Source: Candidatus Marinacidobacterales bacterium
GTDB taxonomy: Bacteria > Acidobacteriota > Vicinamibacteria > Marinacidobacterales > SMYC01
DNA length: 64,000 nucleotides
Direction of reading: 5' to 3'
NCBI GenBank assembly: GCA_965224085.1
Contig: CBDCYI010000005.1
Span: 224,001-288,000, forward strand
In this document: positions 1 through 9,252 of the stretch, one piece after another
How the letters are laid out: every line of letters starts with the position of its first letter
Position numbering within the stretch: position 1 is the stretch's first letter
The notes under the pieces: generated by a model
The model's database searches: none
Seen by the model: the letters and a program-made list of their open reading frames with translations, nothing else
Told to the model about the DNA's origin: nothing
Made by a program: the position numbers and the translations under genes

Positions 1-640
1 CCGGAGCAAGCGCGCCAACCCACGAGTCGAAGAGCTGGACCGCCTGGGCTCCCGCTTCGACCTGCGCCAACAGATAATCTCTGACGCACACCGAAAGTTT
101 CTCCGCGAGCCGATGCCACGAAGCCGGATCCTCATACATCAGCGCCTTGGTGTGCTCGTAGTTCTTGGAGGGGCCGCCTTCGATCGCATATGACGCCAAC
201 GTGAAGGGAGCGCCGGCAAAACCAATCAACGGAACGTCGAGCTCCTTGCGCAAGAGAAGGATCGTATCGAGCGTAAAGGATAGATCATCCTCGGGCACCA
301 CCGGACGCAACGCGTCGATATCGGCCGTCGAGCGTATCGGGGTGTCGATGCGCGGCCCCTCGCCTTGGACGAAGTCGAAGCCTATGCCTAGCGGGTCGAG
401 CGGAATCAGTAAATCGGAAAAGAGAATCGCGGCATCGACCCCGAGACGATGAACCGGCTGGAGCGTTACTTGAACGGCAAGCTCGGGTGTACGGCAAATC
501 TCGAGGATGGGATGACCCTTACGTATCGCACGATATTCAGCCATGTAGCGGCCAGCTTGCCGCATGAACCAAACTGGCGTCCGGTCGACCGGCTCGCCCC
601 GGCAGGCTTTCAAGAAACGATCCGTTCGGGGGTGCGACAC
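1..640 (-). CDS. hemE: Uroporphyrinogen decarboxylase, 5' part (runs off window start)
   Basis: Manual minus-strand translation gives RFLKACRGEPVDRTPVWFMRQAGRYMAEYR, then DAAILFSDLL and LIGFAGAPFTLASY, which are HemE signatures. Absent from the ORF track because the stop lies outside the window. GTG start at 640 (in-frame TTG at 658 possible). Confidence 0.95.
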   Translation of the reverse strand, partial: MSHPRTDRFLKACRGEPVDRTPVWFMRQAGRYMAEYRAIRKGHPILEICRTPELAVQVTLQPVHRLGVDAAILFSDLLIPLDPLGIGFDFVQGEGPRIDTPIRSTADIDALRPVVPEDDLSFTLDTILLLRKELDVPLIGFAGAPFTLASYAIEGGPSKNYEHTKALMYEDPASWHRLAEKLSVCVRDYLLAQVEAGAQAVQLFDSWVGALAP

Positions 641-660
641 AGGTGACCCTGTCAGCAAAG

Positions 661-1224
661 TCAATGAGACGGTCGGGCGCGCAGCCGGATGAGCTTGTTC
701 GCAATCAGTGGATAGAGAAGCCGGCAAGCGTGATATTCGGAGACCGCCGCCGTCCGAGCGATCTCTTGAAGATTCCGCTCACCATCGATTTTCGAGAGCA
801 CCACCCACTCGCTCGTGTTGAGAGTGATCTGTTGGCCAGCATCGCCCTCGTCGGGCAAGACGAATTCCGGGATCATCCTCATGTCGGGGATATGTTTCGA
901 CAGCACGCTCCACTCGTCTTTCCGCCGCGCGCCTTCGAGCAATAGATTGGTGCTGCTCTGTCGGACGGTATTCTTCTCGGACAAAACGTCGGGTTCGAAC
1001 GCGAACTGGCCTTCACTCCACACCATCAACTCGAAAAACGCCTCTTCTCCCACCAGGTCGTCGACGGCCGCATGCACGACCGAGCCGTCCACGAAGGCGA
1101 TCCCGCCTTGACGGCCCGTATTCCGCGCGTGCATCTGGAGCCGGCCGGTCTTTTTCGAACCGCTCAGAAACTGCACGATGTCCGAGAGAGTGAATTCCTG
1201 AATCGAGCCTTCGAACTCTGCCAT
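661..1224 (-). CDS. DUF4388 (PatA-N-like) domain protein
   Basis: FEGSIQEFTLSDIVQFL...KKTGRL...GEEAFFELMVWSEGQFAF...NLLLEGARRKDEW pattern; C-terminal EWVVLSKIDGERNL helix region. Confidence 0.85.
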   Translation of the reverse strand: MAEFEGSIQEFTLSDIVQFLSGSKKTGRLQMHARNTGRQGGIAFVDGSVVHAAVDDLVGEEAFFELMVWSEGQFAFEPDVLSEKNTVRQSSTNLLLEGARRKDEWSVLSKHIPDMRMIPEFVLPDEGDAGQQITLNTSEWVVLSKIDGERNLQEIARTAAVSEYHACRLLYPLIANKLIRLRARPSH

Positions 1225-1378
1225 GAATCTAGAACGCTAGCACAGCAACTTGTTTCAGGTCAACATCTTGAAACCGACAGCCGCCCGGGGCGCCCGAATC
1301 CCTCGCGAGTGTTTTCTGATCTATAATGTCGGCAGGGATACGCTGGTGCATCCTCGGAAAATGAAGTGGAGAATCGTC

Positions 1379-2290
1379 ATGCGTAACAAATATCTGTTGT
1401 TTCACGTCTTGGTCCTCTTGGCGGTTGGCGCCTCGGTCGCGCTCGCCCAGATGGGCACGGGGCGCATCAGAGGCTCGGCCGAGGACACCAACGGGCAGCC
1501 AATCGAAGGGGCGGTCATCACCGCGACGAGCGCGGACGGCAAAAAAACCCTGGAAACGACGAGCGGAAGCGACGGGAAATGGGCGATTCTTGGCTTCCGC
1601 TCCGGCATGTATGATCTCACCGTCGTCGCGGACGGCTTTATCCCGCAGGCCTACAAGCAACAGGTTAGCGGGTTCGGCCGCAACCCGACGATGGATTTCG
1701 TCCTCGAGCCGGTCGCGGAAGCGCCAAGCGGCGGTTCGATGCTCGTCGAAGCCAACGCGATGTTCGAGAACGGTCAGTATGAAGAAGCGTTGATAAAATA
1801 CGAAGCGTTCCTCTCCACCGAGCCGATGGCTTATCAGATCCATTACAACATCGGGGTCGTCTATGCCAGGCTGGAGGAATATGACAAGGCCGTCGAGTCC
1901 TACGAAAAAGTACTTGCCGCAGAGCCCATGCATAGCGGCTCGCTCATCGCGATCGGCGACGTCATGGTCCAACAGCAAAAGTACGACGAGGCCGTCGTCT
2001 ATTTCGAAAAAGCTATCGACCAGACGGAGGACGAGGTCGTCCCATTCAACGTCGCCGAGATCTATTTCAACCGCGGAGAGACCGACAGAGCGATTGAGCT
2101 CTACACCCTCGCGGCCGAGCGCAAACCCGACTGGCAGGACCCGCTCCTCAAGCTCGCCTACGCCAATTTGAACAAAGGTGATATGGACGCGGCAAAGACG
2201 GCACTCGAGGCCTGCGTCGCGGTCGCGCCAGACACGGTGGAGGGACAAACGGCGGCGCAGATGCTGCAGTCGCCGGCATTCGCTAACTAG
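1379..2290 (+). CDS. Secreted carboxypeptidase-regulatory-like domain + TPR repeat protein
   Basis: Signal peptide MRNKYLLFHVLVLLAVGASVALA; GRIRG..D.NGQPIEGA.I beta-sandwich motif; several TPR helices (YNIGVVYARLEEYDKAVESYEK). The TAG stop coincides with the IS terminus. Confidence 0.85.
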   Translation: MRNKYLLFHVLVLLAVGASVALAQMGTGRIRGSAEDTNGQPIEGAVITATSADGKKTLETTSGSDGKWAILGFRSGMYDLTVVADGFIPQAYKQQVSGFGRNPTMDFVLEPVAEAPSGGSMLVEANAMFENGQYEEALIKYEAFLSTEPMAYQIHYNIGVVYARLEEYDKAVESYEKVLAAEPMHSGSLIAIGDVMVQQQKYDEAVVYFEKAIDQTEDEVVPFNVAEIYFNRGETDRAIELYTLAAERKPDWQDPLLKLAYANLNKGDMDAAKTALEACVAVAPDTVEGQTAAQMLQSPAFAN

Positions 2291-2463
2291 TTCCTGTCCA
2301 GAAACACCATAACTTGTGGTGTACGAGAGGCCTATCGAAGATGTGGGTATTATACGTTTTCAGTCGGCACCTCGTAGGCTCGGAAGCGAATGAAAATCTT
2401 GGACGAAACGAGAGGCGAATCGTCAGCAATCCATGGCTATAAACGCAGTAAGAGTAATCATTA

Positions 2464-3828
2464 TTATCGTAATAGGTGCCTTGCCATTACCAACAGGTTG
2501 CAGGTGATGATGGAACTCCATACGTAGGATTTGAAAGAAGGCAATGAGCGCCATGTGCATCGGTCGAGACCAAAGACTCGTTTCAAGAACGAAATGACGC
2601 CTTCGATTCCGCAGCGAAATCGCCGTAGGCGTTGATAGACCCAGGAACTCTTGACCATATCGGTCACCGCGAAGTGAGCCTTGGTAAAGGCAACATCTTC
2701 AACTCCCTTGCCTTTGATGGCTTCCAAGTTTGCCTTTGAAGAAAACGCGCCATCGTAGGCAACCTGGCGCGGGGCCCGTTCGTAGAGTTCGACTTGACGG
2801 TCGATCATGGTTTCCGCGAGAGTTGAATCGGACGGATTCCCATCCAAGATCACGCAATCCAAAATCATCGAGGACGAGCCACCAGTCAAACACACCTTGT
2901 GACCGTAGAGAGTCTCGCGCCGGTCTTTGCGAATAATGTCGGTGTGTTCTTCGAAGATCGAAACGACCTTTTCCTCCGCAGGCACACGCTCTTCATCAAT
3001 CACTCTACGCCGAGTTTGGTTGATGACTTTTTCGGTGAGGACGAGAAAGTGCTTAAAATCCGCGGCGATCTTCTCCGCACTCGCTCGCTTCACCGGCTCG
3101 GTCAAGCCGGACTCGTCCAACTGGTCTGCAACGCGTTGAGCGGAGCGATAGGTTTCTTCCGACACCTTCAGTAGATCTCGATAGACGCGACGCCTTTGTT
3201 CCTTATCCTTCGCGTTTAGAACTCCCAGTCGACGTCTCTTCGCTCGACGCGTTCGATTGCCGAAGACCACTACTGTACCCAGCAGTTCGCGAGTTCGGCA
3301 CATGAGGCGAGTGAGAACTCGGACGCAGTCATAAAGAAGCTCGGAGTCCGTAGGAGAATGAATATTCGACTCCACTACCGTGCAGTCCACTCGTACTTTT
3401 CTTCCTTTTTCGATCGCGGTCTTCTCGGCAACACTCACCAACTCTCGGTTGATTTTCTCCAGCGTTTCGAACTTCACGGCTTTGATGTTTGCTGCTAGGG
3501 TCGACTTCGACGGGCTCGGCTCTATGATGCCGAGCTGGCAAAACGTCCGATAGCTTCGAGAGTCTGCCAAGTGAAACGCCAGCTCCCGATAGGTGAACTG
3601 ATTCAGCTGCTTGACCAACAACGCCCGGAGAACCTGCTCCGCGCTCATTCCCCCACGACCAACATCGCTCCCTGCCGATGGGGTGACCGACCTCAGGTCT
3701 TGCAGTACCAGCTCATTGAGCTTAGGATGGGCATCGAGCAGCGATGATATCGTTTCGAGCTCGCGTGCGTGCTCCAGCTCCAGCCAGGGCTCGCGAAGGC
3801 TTGGTTGTGGGTTGATCGTTTTTCGCAT
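2464..3828 (-). CDS. DDE transposase (DUF772-like N-terminus + DDE core; IS5/ISNCY type)
   Basis: Motifs VRVDCTVVESNIHSPTDS, YGHKV, YDGAF, R.GIEG.IS.LKR.FGL.RC; RBS AAGGAG upstream. Confidence 0.92.
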   Translation of the reverse strand: MRKTINPQPSLREPWLELEHARELETISSLLDAHPKLNELVLQDLRSVTPSAGSDVGRGGMSAEQVLRALLVKQLNQFTYRELAFHLADSRSYRTFCQLGIIEPSPSKSTLAANIKAVKFETLEKINRELVSVAEKTAIEKGRKVRVDCTVVESNIHSPTDSELLYDCVRVLTRLMCRTRELLGTVVVFGNRTRRAKRRRLGVLNAKDKEQRRRVYRDLLKVSEETYRSAQRVADQLDESGLTEPVKRASAEKIAADFKHFLVLTEKVINQTRRRVIDEERVPAEEKVVSIFEEHTDIIRKDRRETLYGHKVCLTGGSSSMILDCVILDGNPSDSTLAETMIDRQVELYERAPRQVAYDGAFSSKANLEAIKGKGVEDVAFTKAHFAVTDMVKSSWVYQRLRRFRCGIEGVISFLKRVFGLDRCTWRSLPSFKSYVWSSIITCNLLVMARHLLR

Positions 3829-3923
3829 TTAGGGCTGGTCTCCTTTGGAGTTAAGTCGTTTAGAATCTGCGTTTTTGTCGACTCGATACTAAACGACACT
3901 CCCTCAGAAGGCTAGCCCTAAAT
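3827..3923 (-). promoter_or_regulatory. Long hairpin covering the transposase RBS and start codon (also at 5517-5613)
   Basis: Nested complementary pairs ATTTAGGGCT/AGCCCTAAAT, GGAGT/ACTCC and GTCGTTTAG/CTAAACGAC enclose AAGGAG and the ATG. Confidence 0.6.
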
Positions 3924-3977
3924 TTGCGATTACCCCTTTTTTCTCAACCTCTTACACCTGTCAGGACGGGTACTAAC

Positions 3978-5665
3978 TAGTTCCTGTCCAGAAACACCAT
4001 AACTTGTGGTGTACGAGAGGCCTATCGAAGGTGTGGGTATTATACGTTTTCAGTCGGCACCTCGTAGGCTCGGAAGCGAATGAAAATCTTGGACGAAACG
4101 AGAGGCGAATCGTCAGCAATCCATGGCTATAAACGCAGTAAGAGTAATCATTATTATCGTAATAGGTGCCTTGCCATTACCAACAGGTTGCAGGTGATGA
4201 TGGAACTCCATACGTAGGATTTGAAAGAAGGCAATGAGCGCCATGTGCATCGGTCGAGACCAAAGACTCGTTTCAAGAACGAAATGACGCCTTCGATTCC
4301 GCAGCGAAATCGCCGTAGGCGTTGATAGACCCAGGAACTCTTGACCATATCGGTCACCGCGAAGTGAGCCTTGGTAAAGGCAACATCTTCAACTCCCTTG
4401 CCTTTGATGGCTTCCAAGTTTGCCTTTGAAGAAAACGCGCCATCGTAGGCAACCTGGCGCGGGGCCCGTTCGTAGAGTTCGACTTGACGGTCGATCATGG
4501 TTTCCGCGAGAGTTGAATCGGACGGATTCCCATCCAAGATCACGCAATCCAAAATCATCGAGGACGAGCCACCAGTCAAACACACCTTGTGACCGTAGAG
4601 AGTCTCGCGCCGGTCTTTGCGAATAATGTCGGTGTGTTCTTCGAAGATCGAAACGACCTTTTCCTCCGCAGGCACACGCTCTTCATCAATCACTCTACGC
4701 CGAGTTTGGTTGATGACTTTTTCGGTGAGGACGAGAAAGTGCTTAAAATCCGCGGCGATCTTCTCCGCACTCGCTCGCTTCACCGGCTCGGTCAAGCCGG
4801 ACTCGTCCAACTGGTCTGCAACGCGTTGAGCGGAGCGATAGGTTTCTTCCGACACCTTCAGTAGATCTCGATAGACGCGACGCCTTTGTTCCTTATCCTT
4901 CGCGTTTAGAACTCCCAGTCGACGTCTCTTCGCTCGACGCGTTCGATTGCCGAAGACCACTACTGTACCCAGCAGTTCGCGAGTTCGGCACATGAGGCGA
5001 GTGAGAACTCGGACGCAGTCATAAAGAAGCTCGGAGTCCGTAGGAGAATGAATATTCGACTCCACTACCGTGCAGTCCACTCGTACTTTTCTTCCTTTTT
5101 CGATCGCGGTCTTCTCGGCAACACTCACCAACTCTCGGTTGATTTTCTCCAGCGTTTCGAACTTCACGGCTTTGATGTTTGCTGCTAGGGTCGACTTCGA
5201 CGGGCTCGGCTCTATGATGCCGAGCTGGCAAAACGTCCGATAGCTTCGAGAGTCTGCCAAGTGAAACGCCAGCTCCCGATAGGTGAACTGATTCAGCTGC
5301 TTGACCAACAACGCACGGAGAACCTGCTCCGCGCTCATTCCCCCACGACCAACATCGCTCCCTGCCGATGGGGTGACCGACCTCAGGTCTTGCAGTACCA
5401 ACTCATTGAGCTTAGGATGGGCATCGAGCACCGACGAGATCGCTTCGAGCTCGCGCGCGTGCTCCACCTCCAGCCAGGGCTCGCATAGGCTTGGTTGTGG
5501 GTTGATCGTTTTTCGCATTTAGGGCTGGTCTCCTTTGGAGTTAAGTCGTTTAGAATCTGCGTTTTTGTCGACTCGATACTAAACGACACTCCCTCAGAAG
5601 GCTAGCCCTAAATTTGCGATTACCCCTTTTTTCTCAACCTCTTACACCTGTCAGGACGGGTACTA
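3978..5665 (-). mobile_element. IS5/ISNCY-type insertion sequence, copy 2
   Basis: Direct repeat of 2288-3975 with the same IRs and a few SNPs; 2-bp AC between adjacent IRs. Confidence 0.9.
4154..5518 (-). CDS. DDE transposase, copy 2
   Basis: 454 aa; identical to copy 1 except four substitutions in the first 30 residues. Confidence 0.92.
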   Translation of the reverse strand: MRKTINPQPSLCEPWLEVEHARELEAISSVLDAHPKLNELVLQDLRSVTPSAGSDVGRGGMSAEQVLRALLVKQLNQFTYRELAFHLADSRSYRTFCQLGIIEPSPSKSTLAANIKAVKFETLEKINRELVSVAEKTAIEKGRKVRVDCTVVESNIHSPTDSELLYDCVRVLTRLMCRTRELLGTVVVFGNRTRRAKRRRLGVLNAKDKEQRRRVYRDLLKVSEETYRSAQRVADQLDESGLTEPVKRASAEKIAADFKHFLVLTEKVINQTRRRVIDEERVPAEEKVVSIFEEHTDIIRKDRRETLYGHKVCLTGGSSSMILDCVILDGNPSDSTLAETMIDRQVELYERAPRQVAYDGAFSSKANLEAIKGKGVEDVAFTKAHFAVTDMVKSSWVYQRLRRFRCGIEGVISFLKRVFGLDRCTWRSLPSFKSYVWSSIITCNLLVMARHLLR

Positions 5666-5667
5666 AC

Positions 5668-6572
5668 TAGTTCCTGTCCAGAAACACCATAACTTGTGGT
5701 GTACGAGAGGCCTATCGAAGATGTGGGTATTATACGTTTTCAGTCGGCACCTCGTAGGCTCGGAAGCGAATGAAAATCTTGGACGAAACGAGAGGCGAAT
5801 CGTCAGCAATCCATGGCTATAAACGCAGTAAGAGTAATCATTATTATCGTAATAGGTGCCTTGCCATTACCAACAGGTTGCAGGTGATGATGGAACTCCA
5901 TACGTAGGATTTGAAAGAAGGCAATGAGCGCCATGTGCATCGGTCGAGACCAAAGACTCGTTTCAAGAACGAAATGACGCCTTCGATTCCGCAGCGAAAT
6001 CGCCGTAGGCGTTGATAGACCCAGGAACTCTTGACCATATCGGTCACCGCGAAGTGAGCCTTGGTAAAGGCAACATCTTCAACTCCCTTGCCTTTGATGG
6101 CTTCCAAGTTTGCCTTTGAAGAAAACGCGCCATCGTAGGCAACCTGGCGCGGGGCCCGTTCGTAGAGTTCGACTTGACGGTCGATCATGGTTTCCGCGAG
6201 AGTTGAATCGGACGGATTCCCATCCAAGATCACGCAATCCAAAATCATCGAGGACGAGCCACCAGTCAAACACACCTTGTGACCGTAGAGAGTCTCGCGC
6301 CGGTCTTTGCGAATAATGTCGGTGTGTTCTTCGAAGATCGAAACGACCTTTTCCTCCGCAGGCACACGCTCTTCATCAATCACTCTACGCCGAGTTTGGT
6401 TGATGACTTTTTCGGTGAGGACGAGAAAGTGCTTAAAATCCGCGGCGATCTTCTCCGCACTCGCTCGCTTCACCGGCTCGGTCAAGCCGGACTCGTCCAA
6501 CTGGTCTGCAACGCGTTGAGCGGAGCGATAGGTTTCTTCCGACACCTTCAGTAGATCTCGATAGACGCGACG
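5668..6572 (-). mobile_element. IS5/ISNCY-type element, truncated copy 3 (transposase C-terminal half only)
   Basis: Identical to copies 1/2 from the IR at 5668 to ...ATAGACGCGACG at 6572, then switches abruptly to GWxTD gene sequence; no second IR. Confidence 0.9.
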
Positions 6573-7709
6573 GCCACCGTGTATTGGGACGACGCGATTT
6601 CTCAGAATCACTGTAACGTTGAAATCTCCCGGAACGAGCGGAAAATCGTCTTGATAGGCAAATGGGCGTCCGCCAAGCTCTCGCATCTGGGTTGGCGTGA
6701 GCTCGATATAGGCCTCTTTATCGGTCGCGAGTACGAGCTTCCCGTCCGCGCTAGTTGCTTCGATGGAAAAGTCCAGTGTCGTGTAGAACTTCGTCCGTTG
6801 TTCGTCCGTCTCGAGCGTAAAGTTTTGGGGTTCGATCTCGATACTAAAATGCACGAGCGCGATCCCCGAAGGATCCGCGAGCACTGAGAAGACACTCCGC
6901 GACGGCACGTAGTTGAACGAGTATTCCGCCGAGACACGATTGCCATACCTCATCCACGCATCGGCGTAGTCGGTCCGGATCGCTCGTCGGGGAGACTCTT
7001 CGATCCGCGCCATCATCACCTGGCTTCCCAAGGAGGCGCGACCTCTCTGTGCATCGCCAGGCTCGCTAGGGTCGAACGACAGCGAGGCCTGCGCAAGCTC
7101 TCCCGCAACCTCCCGAATCCTCTGATACGCGGCACGCTCGTTTCCGGCCCCGGGCAGGTTCTCCGACGAGTTCAGAAGAGCTTGCGGCCCGTCTGCCATG
7201 GGGCTGTAGAGTCTGTACTCCCCGAAATCGTTCCGTTTGAAAAACAGCAGATAGAAGAAAGCCGGCGTGCCCGAGCCGGCCTGTCCTTGATAGAACCAGA
7301 GGTGCGACGAGACGAGCTCCGAATAGCCGTCGAAACGCATGATGCTTTGAGGCTCACCGAGAATGATGTAATAGCGTCCCCGGTCGGTGCGCCATCCGTC
7401 TCGAAACGTTTCCCTACCGAGATGGCTGTTGGCATATTCGAGTCGGCGATAATGCTCGATCTTGAACTCGTTCGCGGGGGTGGCGAGATTGGAATCTCTT
7501 TTTCTCCAGAAGGCCTCGATGAAGCGGCTGCGCTCTTCGAGCGCGCCGAGCGACAAGAACACCTCTCGTTCACGTTCGGTGATGATGTAGACGACGTCGC
7601 GCTCGATCCAGAGCTTGTGCTCGGGGGGCAGTTTGTCGATGCGCTCGTCGGCCGAAACAAGCGGTGCCAGGACCGCGAGCGTCAGGAGCTTTAGAACATA
7701 TCTCATCAC
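5844..7709 (-). pseudogene. GWxTD domain protein truncated and fused in frame to the transposase C-terminus
   Basis: Signal peptide, KLWIERDVVYIITERE, FWRKRD, DGWRTDRGRYYIILGEP (GWxTD motif); from RRVYRDLLK onward the sequence is the IS transposase. Confidence 0.85.
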
Positions 7710-7728
7710 AAAAGCGCTAATTGTCTTG

Positions 7729-9132
7729 TCAGTGCGTGGACGATGGCTCTTTCCTCTCCAAGCTGATGTTATGGCGCTTGATCATCTCATTGAGAGTGGT
7801 CGGCTTCAAGCCGAGCAAGCGCGCGGCTTTTTTCTGAACCCCGCCCGAAGTCTCGAGGGACGATTCGATCAGCCTCTTCTCGAAGCCAGTGATGACGTCA
7901 CGGAAGGAGATGCCTTCTTCCGGCACCACGATTCGAGGCACCCGAAACATCGGGCCAGAGCTGACGTGATCGGGAATGAGACCGCGGCCGATGAGCGGAC
8001 CCGAGGCGAGCACTACTGAGCGCTCGATAACGTTCTCGAGCTCGCGGACGTTCCCCGGCCAATCATATTCGAAGAGTGACTGCACGGCCTCGGGAGAAAG
8101 GCGCAGATCGAAACGCCCGTTCTCGTCGCCATATTTTTTGAGAAAGTGCTGGGCCAGAAGAGATACGTCTTCTTTTCTCTGCCGGAGCGGCGGCAAGAAA
8201 AGATTGATGACGTTCAGTCGATAATAGAGGTCTTCACGAAAGTTGTTCTCGTCGACGAGGACTCTGAGATCGCTGTTGGTGGCCGCAATGATCCGCACGT
8301 CCACCCGAATATTGTCGACCCCCCCGAGCCGCATGAACTCCTTTTCTTGAATGACACGCAGCAGCTTGGCTTGAGTCTCGAGGGGGATCGTTCCGATCTC
8401 GTCGAGAAAAATACTGCCGCCATCGGCGATCTCGAAAAGACCTTTCTTGGGGCTGACCGCACCGGTGAAGGCGCCTTTTACGTGGCCGAACAGGTTGCTC
8501 TCCAGCAAGTCCGGGGGAAGGCTCCCAGAGTTGACCGTCACGAAAGGCTTCGATTTCCGCGCGCTGTGATTGTGGATCGCTTTCGCAACGAGCTCCTTCC
8601 CCGTGCCGCTCTCACCCATAATCAACACCGTGCTCTTCGAAGGCGCCACTTGTCGGATGAGTGAGTAAACTTCCTGCATGCGCGGAGACTTTCCGACGAG
8701 AACGTCAAAGCGCTGCCGGTCGCTCAAAGCGGCCTTCAACGTGCGGTTCTCGTCGACGAGGCGCCGCTGCTTCATGCCGTTCGCGACGACCACACGTACT
8801 TCGTCGTTCTTGAACGGCTTCGTCACGTAGTCGAAGGCACCCCGTTTCATCGCTTCGATAGCGGTCTCGACCGACGCGAATGCAGTGATCATGATCGCGA
8901 CGAGCTCGGAGTCGACGCGTTTGAGCTCATCCAAAACGTCGATTCCGGACTGGTCGGGGAGCATGACGTCAACGATGGCCAGGTCGATCGGCTCGCGAGA
9001 CGCGACGGCGATACCGTCCTCACCCGTCGCCGCGAGCTTGACGCGGTAGCCCTCCGACGTTAGAAGCGATTCGAGAATCTCCCGCATCACCTCTTCGTCG
9101 TCGATGACGAGAACGGTTCCCTTTTCTGTCAT
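7729..9132 (-). CDS. Sigma-54-dependent response regulator (NtrC/AtoC family)
   Basis: Receiver domain (VLVIDDE, DVMLP), Walker A GESGTGKE, GAFTGA, FLDEIG, WPGNVRELEN, C-terminal Fis-type HTH. Confidence 0.96.
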   Translation of the reverse strand: MTEKGTVLVIDDEEVMREILESLLTSEGYRVKLAATGEDGIAVASREPIDLAIVDVMLPDQSGIDVLDELKRVDSELVAIMITAFASVETAIEAMKRGAFDYVTKPFKNDEVRVVVANGMKQRRLVDENRTLKAALSDRQRFDVLVGKSPRMQEVYSLIRQVAPSKSTVLIMGESGTGKELVAKAIHNHSARKSKPFVTVNSGSLPPDLLESNLFGHVKGAFTGAVSPKKGLFEIADGGSIFLDEIGTIPLETQAKLLRVIQEKEFMRLGGVDNIRVDVRIIAATNSDLRVLVDENNFREDLYYRLNVINLFLPPLRQRKEDVSLLAQHFLKKYGDENGRFDLRLSPEAVQSLFEYDWPGNVRELENVIERSVVLASGPLIGRGLIPDHVSSGPMFRVPRIVVPEEGISFRDVITGFEKRLIESSLETSGGVQKKAARLLGLKPTTLNEMIKRHNISLERKEPSSTH

Positions 9133-9252
9133 ACCAAGAACCCATTGTGGCGCGACTCATTCGCAAGTCCAAAAGACGACCTAAGCACTTCTCGAATCGA
9201 AAACCCGATACGTTCACTCTCCTCACGCGGCCGGGGGCGACGTAGCGCGGCG

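Larger units (their letters stand above)
2288..3975 (-). mobile_element. IS5/ISNCY-type insertion sequence, copy 1 of tandem array
   Basis: Imperfect 15-bp terminal IRs TAGTTCCTGTCCAGA (2288) and TCAGGACGGGTACTA (3961-3975); the unit repeats with a 1690-bp period. Confidence 0.9.

Noticed and set aside
1229-2248. 339-aa minus-strand ORF
   Set aside because: Antisense shadow of the TPR gene; no motifs.
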